A DNA stretch of 64,000 nucleotides from Anaeramoeba ignava BMAN (lineage: Eukaryota > Protista > Anaeramoebae): the NCBI GenBank assembly GCA_028826165.1, contig JAPDFW010000070.1:1426001-1490000 (forward strand), written 5' to 3'. Positions 1 through 12,629 of the stretch are shown one piece after another. Both the position numbers and the translations under genes were made by a program. A model generated the notes under the pieces. The model made no database searches and was not told the DNA's origin. It saw nothing but the letters and a program-made list of their open reading frames with translations. Numbering within the stretch: the first letter of the stretch is position 1; every line of letters starts with the position of its first letter.

Positions 1-2010
1 TTTTAATTTTTTTAAATTTAATTTTAAATTTAATTTTTATATTATTCCAAATTACAATTTGTTCAGCTAATTTTGAAATTGTTTGAGCTTCTTTTTCTTT
101 ATCTTTTTCAACTTGACGAGCTTGGTTATCTAATGATTCAATTTCCTGAAGAATAGGAGTTAAAGATCTACGAACTTTTTTTCTCATTTTCTTTTTCATA
201 TCTTGCAAAGACATTTTTTTCTTAACCTTTTGAGAATTAAGATTAGCAACAACAGCTTGATTAGGATTAGGAAATTGTTGGGAGTATTGACCGTATTGTT
301 GGGAATATTGTTGAGGAAATTGTTGGGGGTATTGACCAAATTGTTGAGGATATTGTTGAGGAAATTGTTGAGGAAATTGTCTGGGGTATTGTTGGGAGTA
401 TTGACCGTATTGTTGGGGATATTGTTGAGGAAATTGTTGAGGGTATTGTCTGGGGTATTGCTGGTTCGAAATGAAAGTTGAATATTGTTGTTGATAATTT
501 TGTGGAGTTGCCCTATTCATCCATGCTTTTGGATCCGTTTTTCCGTTTTTTCCGTTTTTTCCGTTATTTTTTCCAGTTGTTGTTGTTGGTGATGTTGTTT
601 TTGTTGTTATTGGTGGTGTTATTGTTGTTTTGTTGGTGTTGTTGTTGTTGTTGTTATGTTTCCGCTTTTTGGTGGTGGTTTTGCCCGAAGTGGTGGTACA
701 TCAGAAAATACTGATGACATTTCTGACCCAACTTGTGTTAATGTGTTTTTGTTCGTCCATTTGGTTAATACTGGAAGAATTATTTTCGTACTAGATAAAT
801 TGGGATGATTTGGTACAATTGTCATTGTCTTATTTAAATTTTAATTTTAATTTTAATTTTGAATTTAATTTTAATTTTATAAATTAATTTTAATTTTAAT
901 TTTAATTTTGATTTTGATATTGATTTTAATTTGAATTTTAATTTTGATTTTAATATTAATTTTGATTTTGATTTTAATATTGATTTTAATTTTAATTTTA
1001 ATTTTAATTTTAATATTAATTTTAATTTTAATTTTAATTTTAAATTTGATTTTAATTTTGAATTTTAATTTTAATATTGATTTTAATTTAATTTTAATTT
1101 TAATTTTAATTTTAATTTTAATTTTAATTTTAATTTTAATTTTAATTTTAATTTTAATTTTAATTTTAATTTTAATTTTAATTTTAATTTTAATTTTAAT
1201 TTTAATTTTAATTTTAATATTCATTTTAAATTAATTTTAATTTTAATTTTAATTTTAATTTTAATTTTAATTTTAATTTTTAATTTTAATTTTAATTTTA
1301 ATTTTAATTTAAATTTTAATTTTTGATTTTATTATTAATTTTAATTTTAATTTTAATTTTAATTTTAATTTTAATTTTAATTTTAATTTTATTTTTAATT
1401 TTAATTTTTAATTTTAATTTTAATTTTAATATTAATTTTAATATTAATTTTAATTTTAATTTTAATTTTAATTTTAATTTTAATTTTAATTTTAATTTTA
1501 ATTTTAATTTTAATTTTAATTTTAATTTTAATTTTAATTTTAATTTTAATTATTAAAATAAATAATGTTTAAGTGATCAATTAGAAATAAATAAAATACT
1601 TCAAGAGGTTTTAAAAAACATAAAGGAGGTCCATCTGGATAATTTGGAGAAAGATAAATTTGAACAGGAGTAAAATATTGTTTTTTTTGAAAAACGATGG
1701 GAATTGATCCATCAAAACAAATACAAGGAAGAGTACCGCCTTGTTTGTTTGCTTCTAAAGTGGGAAAAAAACAATAAAAAAAATTTAAATAAAAAATTTA
1801 AATAAAAAAATTAAATAAAAAAATTAAATAAAAAATTTAAATAAAAAAATTTAAATAAAAAAATTCATTCAATAAATTTTTACTTAAATAACTTTGTATA
1901 GGTTTAAAAGAAGGATAAAGTTGAATAAAACTCAAAGAATCTTCAAAAGCTCTACGTGCATTTTGATATTTAATTTGATTAAAAAGAGAAACAAGAAATT
2001 GTTGATTCAT
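1..2010 (-). CDS. TSG101: ESCRT-I subunit TSG101/Vps23 (multi-exon; 3' end runs off window)
   Basis: Manually translated minus-strand exons give YQNARRAFEDSLSFIQLYPSFKP / CFDGSIPIVFQKKQYFTPVQIYLSPNYPDGPPLCFLKP / MTIVPNHPNLSSTKIILPVLTKW...VFSDVPPL, matching the TSG101 UEV domain. A P/Q/Y-rich linker (QYPQQFPQ) and a coiled coil follow. The frame is broken in a repetitive stretch at ~540-620. Confidence 0.85.
835..1555. repeat. (TTTTAA)n microsatellite in a TSG101 intron
   Basis: Visible hexamer array. Confidence 0.95.
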
Positions 2011-2125
2011 TTTAAAAGGAAAAAAATAAAAAGAAAAAAAGAGAAAAAAAAAATAATAAAAAAAGAAAAATAAAAATAAAAATAAATTTTTTCATTTTTT
2101 TTCTCTTTTCTATTTTTTTATTTAA

Positions 2126-4761
2126 ATGTCAACAATAATACCCTCTTTTATTCATAATTTTTTTATTCTTTCTTTAAATAATTTTAGTGTTGATGTTGAA
2201 TTCCAATATCAACAAAAAAAACCTTTTTTTCCTTGGTCACTTTCTGATATTTTTAATTTGTGTTTTCCTGAACGTTTTTCGTTAAATCAAACTTTATCAA
2301 GAATTAAAATAAATAATTTCCAAGAAGATCTGATAAAGTATAATAATATTATTTAATAAACCAATGAAAACAAAAAATAAATAAAAAAGAAACCAATTAA
2401 AAAAAAATAATTGATCAAAAAAAAAATAATAAAAAGAATAATTTAAATAATATAAAGAATAATTTAAATAATAACTTGATGATTAACTCAAAAATTATTC
2501 AAAAATTATTCAAAAATTAATCAATAATTAATCAAAAATTATTCAAAAATTATTCATAAAAAATTATTCAATAATTATTAAAAAATTAATCAAAAATTAT
2601 TCAAAAATTATTCAAAAACTATCCAATAATTATTCAAAAATAATATAAAAAAAAAATTAAATTAAAAAAATAATTATAAATAAATGATTAACTCATAAAT
2701 TAATCAATAATTAATATAAAAAATAAATTAATCATAAATTATTCAATAATTAATCAAAAATTATTCAAAAATTAATCAAAAATTAATCAAAAATTATTCA
2801 AAAATTATTTATAAATTAATCAATAATTAATCAAAAATTATTCAATAATTATTCAAAAAATATTTAAAAATTAATTAGGAAATCTTTTGTCATATTCATT
2901 TTGGATTCAAAAAAAAGAATTTGGTGTGGTTTTTGTATTCGTATTTCTCCTTTTGAAGATTCAATAAGAAGTTTATTCATTTGGACGAAATGGTATTTAA
3001 ATTTTTAAAATTATTATTCCATTAATTAAAACTCTTTTATATTCACATCAACAAAAATATAGGAAATTCGCATACATTTTTATTTGGCTTGAAAACATTT
3101 TTAGAACAAAAAAAATTCGCTCAATTTCTCAAATTATTGACTTGATTTCTTCTTTCAATTTTATAAAAGACCCCAAAAATAAAATAACAGAAAATATTAT
3201 CAAATTTGAAAAAAAAGAAATAAAAATCAAGAAAAAGAAGAAAAGAAAACTATTCGAACTTCTTGGATCTTTAACTCATCTTTCAAATTGTTTAAAAATT
3301 GAGAGCATTATCGAAATTTTTGCAACACTTTTAATAGAAAATTCAATAATTATCGTTTCAAAAGAAAACACAAGCCTTTTAGATTCAGCACATTCTTTAC
3401 TCACACTTTTATCGCCTTTCCTTTGGAAACACACATTTGTTCCAATTTATTCAACTGATATTTTCGGCAAAAAAGAGCCTTTGCACCAAAAAAACCCTTT
3501 TATTCTTGGGATAAATGACTCTAATTTCCCCGCCATTTCCAAATCAATCACTCATCCTTATCTTCTTGTTGATTTAGTTAATAATATCGTTGTTGCAAGA
3601 AATGGCCTCAATTTGGATAATTCGGTCATTCCTGAAAATGAGAAGAAATTTTTACTTTCAAATTTAAATCAAATTAAACAAAATCAAATCAATATGAATA
3701 ATAAGCAAATAGAAGATAGTTATTTTCTTGCTTTCGAAAAATTCCAGAATATATTCATTGGAAAATACATCCATTTTTGCATCCAAAACAAATGGAAAAA
3801 AAAGCAATTTATTGAGAAATTTTCAGATTCAAAATCATCAAAAGTATTTTTTTTTTATTTTTATTTTTAATTGCATTTTATTTTAATTTCTTGTCCAAAA
3901 TTCATTTGATCCATTTCTTTTGTTAAAAATAGTTTCTGTCAAAAATGATCTCATCAAAAATGTTCAAGGAATATATTAGCAAAGTTATCAAAAGAAGGAA
4001 AAAACACAAATTTAGAAATCAACCAATGATTTTAAAAGAACATTATGTTGATCATTTTAAATTAAATGAACGTCTAACTCATTCAAGAAATATTTCCAAA
4101 GAATCTCATCGAAAAAATAAAAAAATCGATAATCAAAAAAAAATCCAAATTTCGCATCAAATTACAAAAGAAAAAAAAACTTCTTTAATTGGTTTCTTTT
4201 CTGAAATTGAAAAATCAAAATCAATAACAAATTTATTTAGTTCTGAAAATATTAGTTTTGTTGATAAAAAAGAAATTGAAAATGGAACTGATAATGATAT
4301 TGATTTTAATAGCGCTATTAATAGTGCAATTTATAATGATAATGATAATGATAATGATAATGATAATGATATTGATATTGATAATGATTCATATAATAAA
4401 CAAAGGCTGAGAAGAGATGTTTCACTTTCTAAAATCACAAATGTTGGAAATGTAAAAAAATAAATTTATAAGAATTTTTATAATTATTTTTATTAATTAT
4501 TTTTTTTCTTTTGATTTTGATTAGTTTTCTCGAGTTCGTCCTTTAATTTCTAATGATCATATTGAATTTTTTAATTTTGATATAAAATTTGAATTTCTTC
4601 ATCAACTTCTTGATCCAAAAAAAGTGGAACAATCTCAAAATTGGACAACTTCAGGTATTTTTAATTTTAATTTTTAATTTTTAATTTTTAATTTTAATTT
4701 TAATTTTAATTTTAATTAATTTTCCAAAATAGTTTTAGACAATCTAAAACAAATCAAATGA
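2126..4761 (+). CDS. DENN-domain protein (putative Rab GEF), multi-exon
   Basis: uDENN-like NLCFPE; core DENN LLIENSIIIVS...LLTLLSPFLWKHTFVP..NPFILG..YLLVDL; GT-AG introns link the ORF pieces; last exon VLDNLKQIK*. Confidence 0.8.
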
Positions 4762-4946
4762 ACCAAATTTACTCAAGATCATTCAAAACAAAACAAAACA
4801 AAACAAAACAAAACAAAAAGGGAAATAATCAAAATTATCACTTAGTTTTTGAATTTTAAATTAGAATATTTTCTTTTTTTTATTGTTGAAAAATTTTTAT
4901 AATTTTGGAAATGAATAAAAAGAAAAAAAAAGAAAAATTTTGAAAA

Positions 4947-5519
4947 TTAATTATCAATCAAATCCCAAAGTTTGTTAGTAATATAAAAAGAAGAATTGCT
5001 ATCAGGATCAAATTGGAATTCCTGTAAATTTTGCTTATCAATAATAACACCTTCAATATTTTGAGAATTTAAATCAAAACGAATATTAGAAATATTTGCA
5101 TATAAACTTCGAATAAGTTTCTTTTTTGGAATTTGATCCAATTCTCTAGTTTCAATTTCAGCAAGTTGCATTTCCGTTTGTTTTTTTTCTTGTTTAAGTG
5201 ATTTTATGTGATTTTTTAATTGATGAATTTTTTCCGAAATTTCGATTGATTTATTTTTTTGATTTTTTTTTTGTTCTTGAAGTTGATTTAATTTTTCATT
5301 CAAATTTTGGATTTTCTTTTTGATTGAATTTTTTGATTCTTCATTTTGTTTTGTTATTTCCGTTATTGTTTGTTTAATAAGATTTTCTTTTTGTAAATTA
5401 AATTCTTTTATTTGCTCTTGTAAATTGGAAATGGATTGAATATTTGCACCATCTTGATTAATAGAAAATTCTTTTGCGAGTTCATCTAAAAAATTAGAAG
5501 TTTCAAGAATTTGAGACAT
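4947..5519 (-). CDS. SPC24: Kinetochore Ndc80-complex subunit Spc24
   Basis: Long coiled coil plus C-terminal RWD-like LYANISNIRFD...SSFYITNKLWDLI typical of Spc24. Confidence 0.75.
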   Translation of the reverse strand: MSQILETSNFLDELAKEFSINQDGANIQSISNLQEQIKEFNLQKENLIKQTITEITKQNEESKNSIKKKIQNLNEKLNQLQEQKKNQKNKSIEISEKIHQLKNHIKSLKQEKKQTEMQLAEIETRELDQIPKKKLIRSLYANISNIRFDLNSQNIEGVIIDKQNLQEFQFDPDSNSSFYITNKLWDLIDN

Positions 5520-5675
5520 TTTTAAAATGAATTAAAAAGAAAAGAAAAGAAAATAAAAGAGAAAAAAAATGAAAATCAATTTTTTAAAATTTAAAATTAT
5601 TTTTTTTAACGGTTTATTATTTTTTTTTTAAACAATTAAAACAAAATTTTTAATTTTTAATTTTTAATTTTTAAT

Positions 5676-5943
5676 TCATTTTTGATTTAAAATTTTAAGA
5701 TATTGTGATTGTTTTTCTTCTGTTTCTTTGTTTTTTAAATATATTTCCCAAACTAAATCTCGATTTTTTGATGATGTTTTATTTGTGTTTAAATTTTCAA
5801 AAGGAAGATATTCTCCAGTTTCAACATTTTTTACAAAAAGAAGTTGTTGAACAATATTAAGATCTGAATTAAGTTTTGAACTAGTTGGATTAATAGGTTG
5901 ATTTTTTTGATTAAATTGTTTTGATTCATTTACATTTCCCATT
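5676..5943 (-). CDS. Small hypothetical protein (~88 aa) with N-myristoylation-like start
   Basis: Non-repetitive ORF from ATG 5943, MGNVNES...; head-to-head with the PH gene. Confidence 0.55.
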
Positions 5944-6037
5944 TTAAAAAAAGAAGAAAAGAAATTAAAAAAATTGGAAAAAAAAAAAATGAAAAAATAA
6001 TTTTTCATTTTTTTCTTTTTTTTTCTTTTTTTTTTTT

Positions 6038-9000
6038 ATGTCAAATTTAAAACCAAGAAAAACAGGTGTAATTACAAAACGAGGAGGTTCAATTCGTTCA
6101 TGGAAATCTCGTTTTTTTGTTTTAACAAATACTGAAATGATTTATTATCAAAATGAAAAAGCTGTAAAAAATTTACCAATTTGATAAATTTTCTTTATCA
6201 AAAAAACAAAAAGCAAAAAATAAAAAATTTTTTTCTTTTTGTTTTTTTCGGAAATTATTTATGAATTTTTTTCAAAATCAATTTCTAAATCAGAATCAAT
6301 TTATAAATCAATTTCTAAATCTAAATCAATTTCTATTTCAATTTCTATTTCAATTTATAAATCAGAATCAATTCCTAAATCAATTTCTATTTCAATTTAT
6401 AAATCAGAATCAATTCCTAAATCAATTTCTATTTCAATTTCTAAATCAGAATCAATTTCTAAATCAATTTCAATTTCTAAATCAATTTCTAAATCAATTT
6501 CTATTTCAATTTCAATTTCTAAATCAATTTCAAAATCAATTTCTATTTCAATTTATAAATCAGAATCAATTCCTAAATCAATTTCAATTTCTAAATCAAT
6601 TTCAAAATCAATTTCTAAATTAATTTCTAAATCAATTCCTAAATCAATTTCAAAATCAATTTCTAAATCAATTTCTAAATCAATTTCTAAATCTAAATCA
6701 ATTTCTAAATCTAAATCAATTTCTAAATCAGAATCAATTTCTAAATCAATTTCTAAATCAATTTCTAAATCAATTTCTATTTCAATTTCTAAATCAATTT
6801 CAAAATCAATTTCTAAATCAATTTCTATTTCAATTTCAATTTTAAAACTAAAATTCAAATTACAAATTAGTATTTAAACAAAAAACAGGAAAAAGGAAAA
6901 TTTCCTATTGATAATGTTTCTGTTGAATTTTATCAACCTGAAAAAAAGAAACCTTCAAAAAAAAAGTTTTATTTTCAAGTTGCTCATCCAACAAGAAGAA
7001 CTTTTTATATGTTTACAAAAGATCCTAACAATAGAAAAATTTGGATGGAAGAAATTAAAAAAGCAGTTTCAGAGTTAAAAGATGTTATTGATTCAAAATT
7101 AAAATTAAAATTAAAATTAAAATTAAAATTAAAATTAAATTTAAAATTAAAATTAAAATTAAAATTAAAATTTTATTCTTTTGAAAAATTTTAGAAAGAA
7201 AAGCCAAAAAATCCAACAAATCAAAATCAAAATCAAAATCAAAATCAAAATCAAAATCAAATAATTCAAAAAGTCAAATCACCACCAACAACATCAAATC
7301 TAAGTCGAGAAATGATAATATTTCGAAATTTAGAGGATATATTAAAAAAAGAACAATGTAAATAATTCAATCAAAAATAATTCAATCAAAAATAATTCAA
7401 TCAAAAATAATTCAATTAAAAATAATTCAATTAAAAATAATTCAATCAAAAATAATTCAATTAAAAATAATTCAATTAAAAATAATTCAATTAAAAATAA
7501 TTCAATTAAAAATAATTCAATTAAAAATAATTCAATCAAAAATAATTCAATCAAAAATAATTCAATCAAAAAAAAGTATGCTTTTATGGGTCTTTGAAAC
7601 AAAAAAATTTCAAGATAAAGAAGAATCAACAGTTTTTATTGTGAAAAATACAAAAATTGAAATTTTTAAAATTTCAAGTGATCAAACTGTAAGCAAAAAT
7701 AATTTTTTTTTGATTTGAAAAAAAAATTGTTTCAAATATTTATTGAATATATTTTTCCAATAGGTTGAAATTCAAACAAAAAAGGAATATAATTTTTCTT
7801 TTCCAAATAAGATTGAACTTATGACAATGGATTTAAAAGAAGAAAAAATAGATGAAGAAAAAGAAGATAATAATAAAAATAATAAAGAAGAAAATAATAA
7901 AGAAGAAGATAATAAAGAAGAAAATAAAGAAGAAAATAAAGAAGAAAATAATGAAGATAATAAAGAAGAAAATAATGAAGATAATAAAGAAGAAAATAAA
8001 GAAGATAATAAAGAAGAAAATAAAGAAGAAAATAAAGAAGATAATAAAGAAGAAAATAAAGAAGAAAATAAAGAAGATAATAAAGAAGATAATAAAGAAG
8101 AAAATAAAGAAGATAATAAAGAAGATAATAAAGAAGATAATAAAGAAGAAAATAAAGAAGATAATAAAGAAGAAAATAATAAAGATAAAGAAGAAGAAAA
8201 GAATGAAAATTTGAATTCAATTAAACATTATTTTATTGCAATTAAACAAGATGATAAACCAATCTTGAAATTATATACTAGAAGTAAAATGCAAGCAGTT
8301 AATTTTTTTCATATTCTTCTTTCAATTCAAAATATTAGTGAAATTATTGGTGAAAATGAAGTACAAGAAACCATGAAAAAAGAAAATCAATTTATAGGAT
8401 TTATCCAAAAAATAATTAATAAATTATTAGAAAACGGTAAAAATTAAAATTAAAATTAAAATTAAAAATAAAATTAAAATTAAAATTAAAATTAAAATTA
8501 AAATTAAAATTAAAATTAAAATAAAAATTAAAATTAAAATTAAAATTAAAATTAAAATTAAAATTAAAATTAAAAATTAAAAATAAAATTAAAAATTAAA
8601 ATTAAAAATTAAAAATTAAAATTAAAATTAAAATTAAAAATTAAAATTAAAATTAAAATTAAAAATAAAATTAAAATTAAAATTAAAATTAAAATTTAAA
8701 TTAGTTTCTGAAACTGCGGATTCTATTTATAAAAAATGTGAAACCATTACTTTTAATTCATCTTTGGGAAAATTCAATTTAACTGAAGAAATCAATCAAG
8801 CAGATCACGAATTGTTATTTAATTTAATGCAATTAATGCTCTCTTTAATTAATCATCCTTTTATTGATGAAGAATTTCAAAATTTATTTATGAATTCTTC
8901 TGATAAAGGTTAATATCTTTTTATTGAATATTTATTTTTTTTTAGAAAAAAATTAATTTTTATTCAAATTTTATTTAGATTTGGTTGAACATTTTAGAAC

Positions 9001-11171
9001 GAGATTTTCAAATCAAAACTTAGAATTCCAAAATTTTATCTCTTCTTTTTTTATTTTGCATTATTTATATCTTAATTATTATTTGGGATGGAATAATTTA
9101 AAAATGATTTCTAAAATAATTTCCATTTCATTAAAAATTAAGAAATTTTCAGATTCACAACAAGATCAATTTTCAGCAACTTTATTTCAACAAGAAGTTA
9201 TTTATTTTTTAATTCAAAATGCAAATGTATTTATATTAATTAAAAATAATAATTTATATCAAATATAATTTATATTAATTAAAAATATAATTTATATTAA
9301 TTAAAAATATAATTTATATTAATTAGAAATATAATTTATATTAATTAGAAATATAATTTATATTAATTAAAAATACATTTTATATCAAATATAATTTATA
9401 TTAATTAAAAATATATTTTATATTGAATTAAAAATAATAATTTATATCAATTAAAAATATAATTTATATTAATTAAAAATACATTTTATATTAATTAGAA
9501 ATATAATTTATATTAATTAAAAATACAATTTATATTAATTAAAAATATAATTTATATTAATTAGAAATATAATTTATATTAATTAAAAATATATTTTATA
9601 TTAATTAAAAATAATAATTTATATCAAATATAATTTATATTAATTAAAAATACAATTTATATTAATTAAAAATATAATTTATATTAATTAAAAATATAAT
9701 TTATATTAATTAAAAATATAATTTATATTAATTAAAAATATAATTTATATCAATTAAAAATATAATTTATATTAATTAGAAATATAATTTATATCAATTA
9801 GAAATATAATTTATATTAAAATTTATATCTTGTTTTGATTTAGTCTCTGTTCCCAGAAAAATTCCAACAAATAATTCTCAAGTTTAAAGATAAAATTCCA
9901 CAAAATATTACAAACAATCACATTTCATCAATTATTGATAAAAATATAGAAAAAGAATCAACAAATTTATTAGAACCAAAAATTTCAACTGAAAATTCAA
10001 ATGAAAAAACAGAAAAATTAATAGCAAATGAAAATGAACAAAATCCAAAAACGAAACAAGAAATTTCAAAAGGAATTGAACGAAAAATGGGAGTTGAAAA
10101 ATCAAACACAACATCAAATTTAAATGAAAAAATTGTTGAAATTGAAGTTGATGAAAAAGATAATGGAAGTGATACAGAAATGGAAACTGAACCTAAATAT
10201 TTACTATCTCGTTCAATGCATTTTTTTAGAGGAACTCCTCTTCCACTTCCTCCTCCTCTTATTGATTTTCAAAGTTTTTTGGAAAATAAAGGAAATATTA
10301 ATGAAAAACAAGATGATCAAAAAATGAATAAATTTTTGGATAATCAAAATATTGAATTACAAAATTTTGAAAAATTTAAACAAGCTAATGTTATTGATTC
10401 AAGGTACTTTGTTTTAAAATTTAAATTAAAATTCATTTATAAAATTAAAATTCATTTATAAAATTAAAATTCATTTATAAAATTAAAATTCATTTATAAT
10501 TAAAATTCAAAAATTAAAATTTAAATTAAAATTCATTTATAAAATTAAAATTCATTTATAAATTAAAATTAAAATTTAAATTAAAATTCATTTATAAAAT
10601 TAAAATTAAAATTTAAAATTAAAATCAAAATTAAAATTAAAATTAAAATTCATTTATAAAATTAAAATTATAATTAAAATTCAAAATTAAAATTAAAAAT
10701 AAAATTAAAATTAAAATTAAAATTAAAATTAAAATTAAAATTAAAATTAAAATTAAAATTAAAATTAAAATTAAAATTAAAATTAAAATTAAAATTAAAA
10801 TTAAAATTAAAATTAAAATTCATTTATAAAATTAAAATTCATTTATAAAATTAAAATTAAAATTAAAATTAAAATTAAAATTAAAATTAAAATTAAAATT
10901 AAAAATTCAATTTAAAATTCAAAATATTTTTAGAGTTATGTTAGAAAATATGTTTGAAGATGTTTGCTTTCGAATTTGTCGAATGAATTTAGAAATTGCA
11001 AACAATCAATATAAAGATAGTGTTTCAGAAAAAATTATTGAAGATTTAGAAGAGAAAAATAAAGGAGCAAAAACTCATCAAGTTACAAAAAGTGTGAGTT
11101 TGAATAGGAAAAAAACTGATTATGTTGAAGTTGAATGGGGAGCGCAAAGATCAACTTCCCTTGTTGATTGA
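6038..11171 (+). CDS. PH-domain protein with acidic repeat and degenerate RhoGAP-like domain, multi-exon
   Basis: Exon 1 KTGVITKRGGSIRSWKSRFFVL..MIYY and exon 2 ...RTFYMF..RKIWMEEI form a PH domain. The segment at ~8390-9860 has a RhoGAP-like pattern. Repeat-filled GT-AG introns. Confidence 0.75.
6275..6840. repeat. 12-bp-based intronic repeat (TCAATTTCTAAA variants)
   Basis: Visible tandem array between PH exons. Confidence 0.9.
7360..7572. repeat. 15-bp intronic repeat (AATAATTCAAT[C/T]AAA)
   Basis: About 14 tandem copies. Confidence 0.9.
7865..8195 (+). repeat. Coding 12-bp repeat encoding (EENK/EDNK)n
   Basis: In frame in ORF 7821..8447. Confidence 0.85.
9230..9825. repeat. 22-bp intronic minisatellite (AATTTATATTAATTAAAAATAT)
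   Basis: Visible tandem array. Confidence 0.9.
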
Positions 11172-11259
11172 AAACAAAATATATTTCAAAAATTTCAATT
11201 TAAAAAAATCTTTCTTTTATTTGATGAGAAAACACTTTCATTTTTTGTTGGAAAATTAA

Positions 11260-12310
11260 ATTCAAAATTTAAATTAAAATTAATATTAAAAATGAATTTA
11301 AAAATGAATTCAAAATTAAAAATGAATTTAAAATCAAATTAAAAATGAATTTAAAAATGAATTTAAAAATGAATTTAAAAATGAATTCAAAATGAATTTA
11401 AAATTAAATTTAAAATTAAAATTAAAATTCATTTATAAAATTAAAATTAAAAATTGAAATTAAAATTAAAAATTGAAATTAAAATTAAAAATGAATTTAA
11501 AAATGAATTTAAAAATGAATTTAAAATTAAAAATGAATTTAAAATTAAATTTAAATTTAAAAATGAAATTAAAAATGAATTCAAATTTAAAAATGAATTT
11601 AAAATTAAAATTAAAAATAAAAATGAAATTAAAATTAAAAATGAATTTAAAATTAAAATTCAAAATGAATTTAAAAATGAATTTAAAAATGAAATTAAAT
11701 TTAAAATTAAAATTAAAATTAAAAATGAATTTAAAAATGAAATTAAAATTAAAATTAAAAATGAAATTAAAAATGAAATTAAAATTAAATTTAAAAATGA
11801 AATTTAAAAATGAATTTAAAATTAAAAATAAATTTAAAATTAAAAATGAATTAAATTTAAAATTAAAAATGAATTTAAAAATGAATTTAAAATTAAAATA
11901 AAAGAATTTAAAATTAAAAATGAATTTAAAATTAAAAATGAAATAAATTTAAAAATTAAAATTAAAATTGAAATTAAAATTAAATTTAAAATTAAAATTA
12001 AAATTAAAATGAATTTAAAAATGAATTTAAAATTAAAATTAAAAATGAATTTAAAAATGAAATTAAAATTAAAAATGAATTTAAAAATAAAAAAGAATTT
12101 AAAATTAAATTTAAAAATGAATTTAAAATTAAAATTAAAATTAAATTTAAAATTAAAAATAAATTAAAAATGAATTTAAAAATGAATTTAAAATTAAAAT
12201 TAAAAATGAATTTAAAAATGAATTTAAAATTAAAAATGAAATTAAAAATTAAAAATGAATTTAAAAATGAATTTAAAATTAAAAATGAATTTAAAAATGA
12301 AATTAAAAAA
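11260..12310. repeat. Intergenic AAAATGAATTT/AAAATT compound microsatellite
   Basis: Visible array between convergent genes. Confidence 0.9.
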
Positions 12311-12629
12311 TTATCTTTTCAAAAAACAATTTAATTTTTTTTTTATTTATCAATCTTATAAAATTGAAATGAAGAAAAAAATTTTTTTTTTTTTGGAATT
12401 TTTATTTTGATTTGTTAAAAAAAAATTTAACTGAAAACAAACATTTTTTTGATCAAAAAGAAAAAAAGAAAAAAAAAAGAATAAATTAATGAAAATTAAA
12501 CATCAAAAAAGAAGAAATTTTCATTAAAAAAAAATTAATCAATTCAAATTGTTCTTTGAAAATTAGAAAAGAAAAATTTGTTTAGAAAATTTGAAAAAGA
12601 AAAGAATAAAAAAAAAACGGAAATTTTTG

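Noticed and set aside
877-1556. IK/IL/NF/LK dipeptide ORFs here and throughout the track
   Set aside because: Translations of microsatellites or antisense frames.
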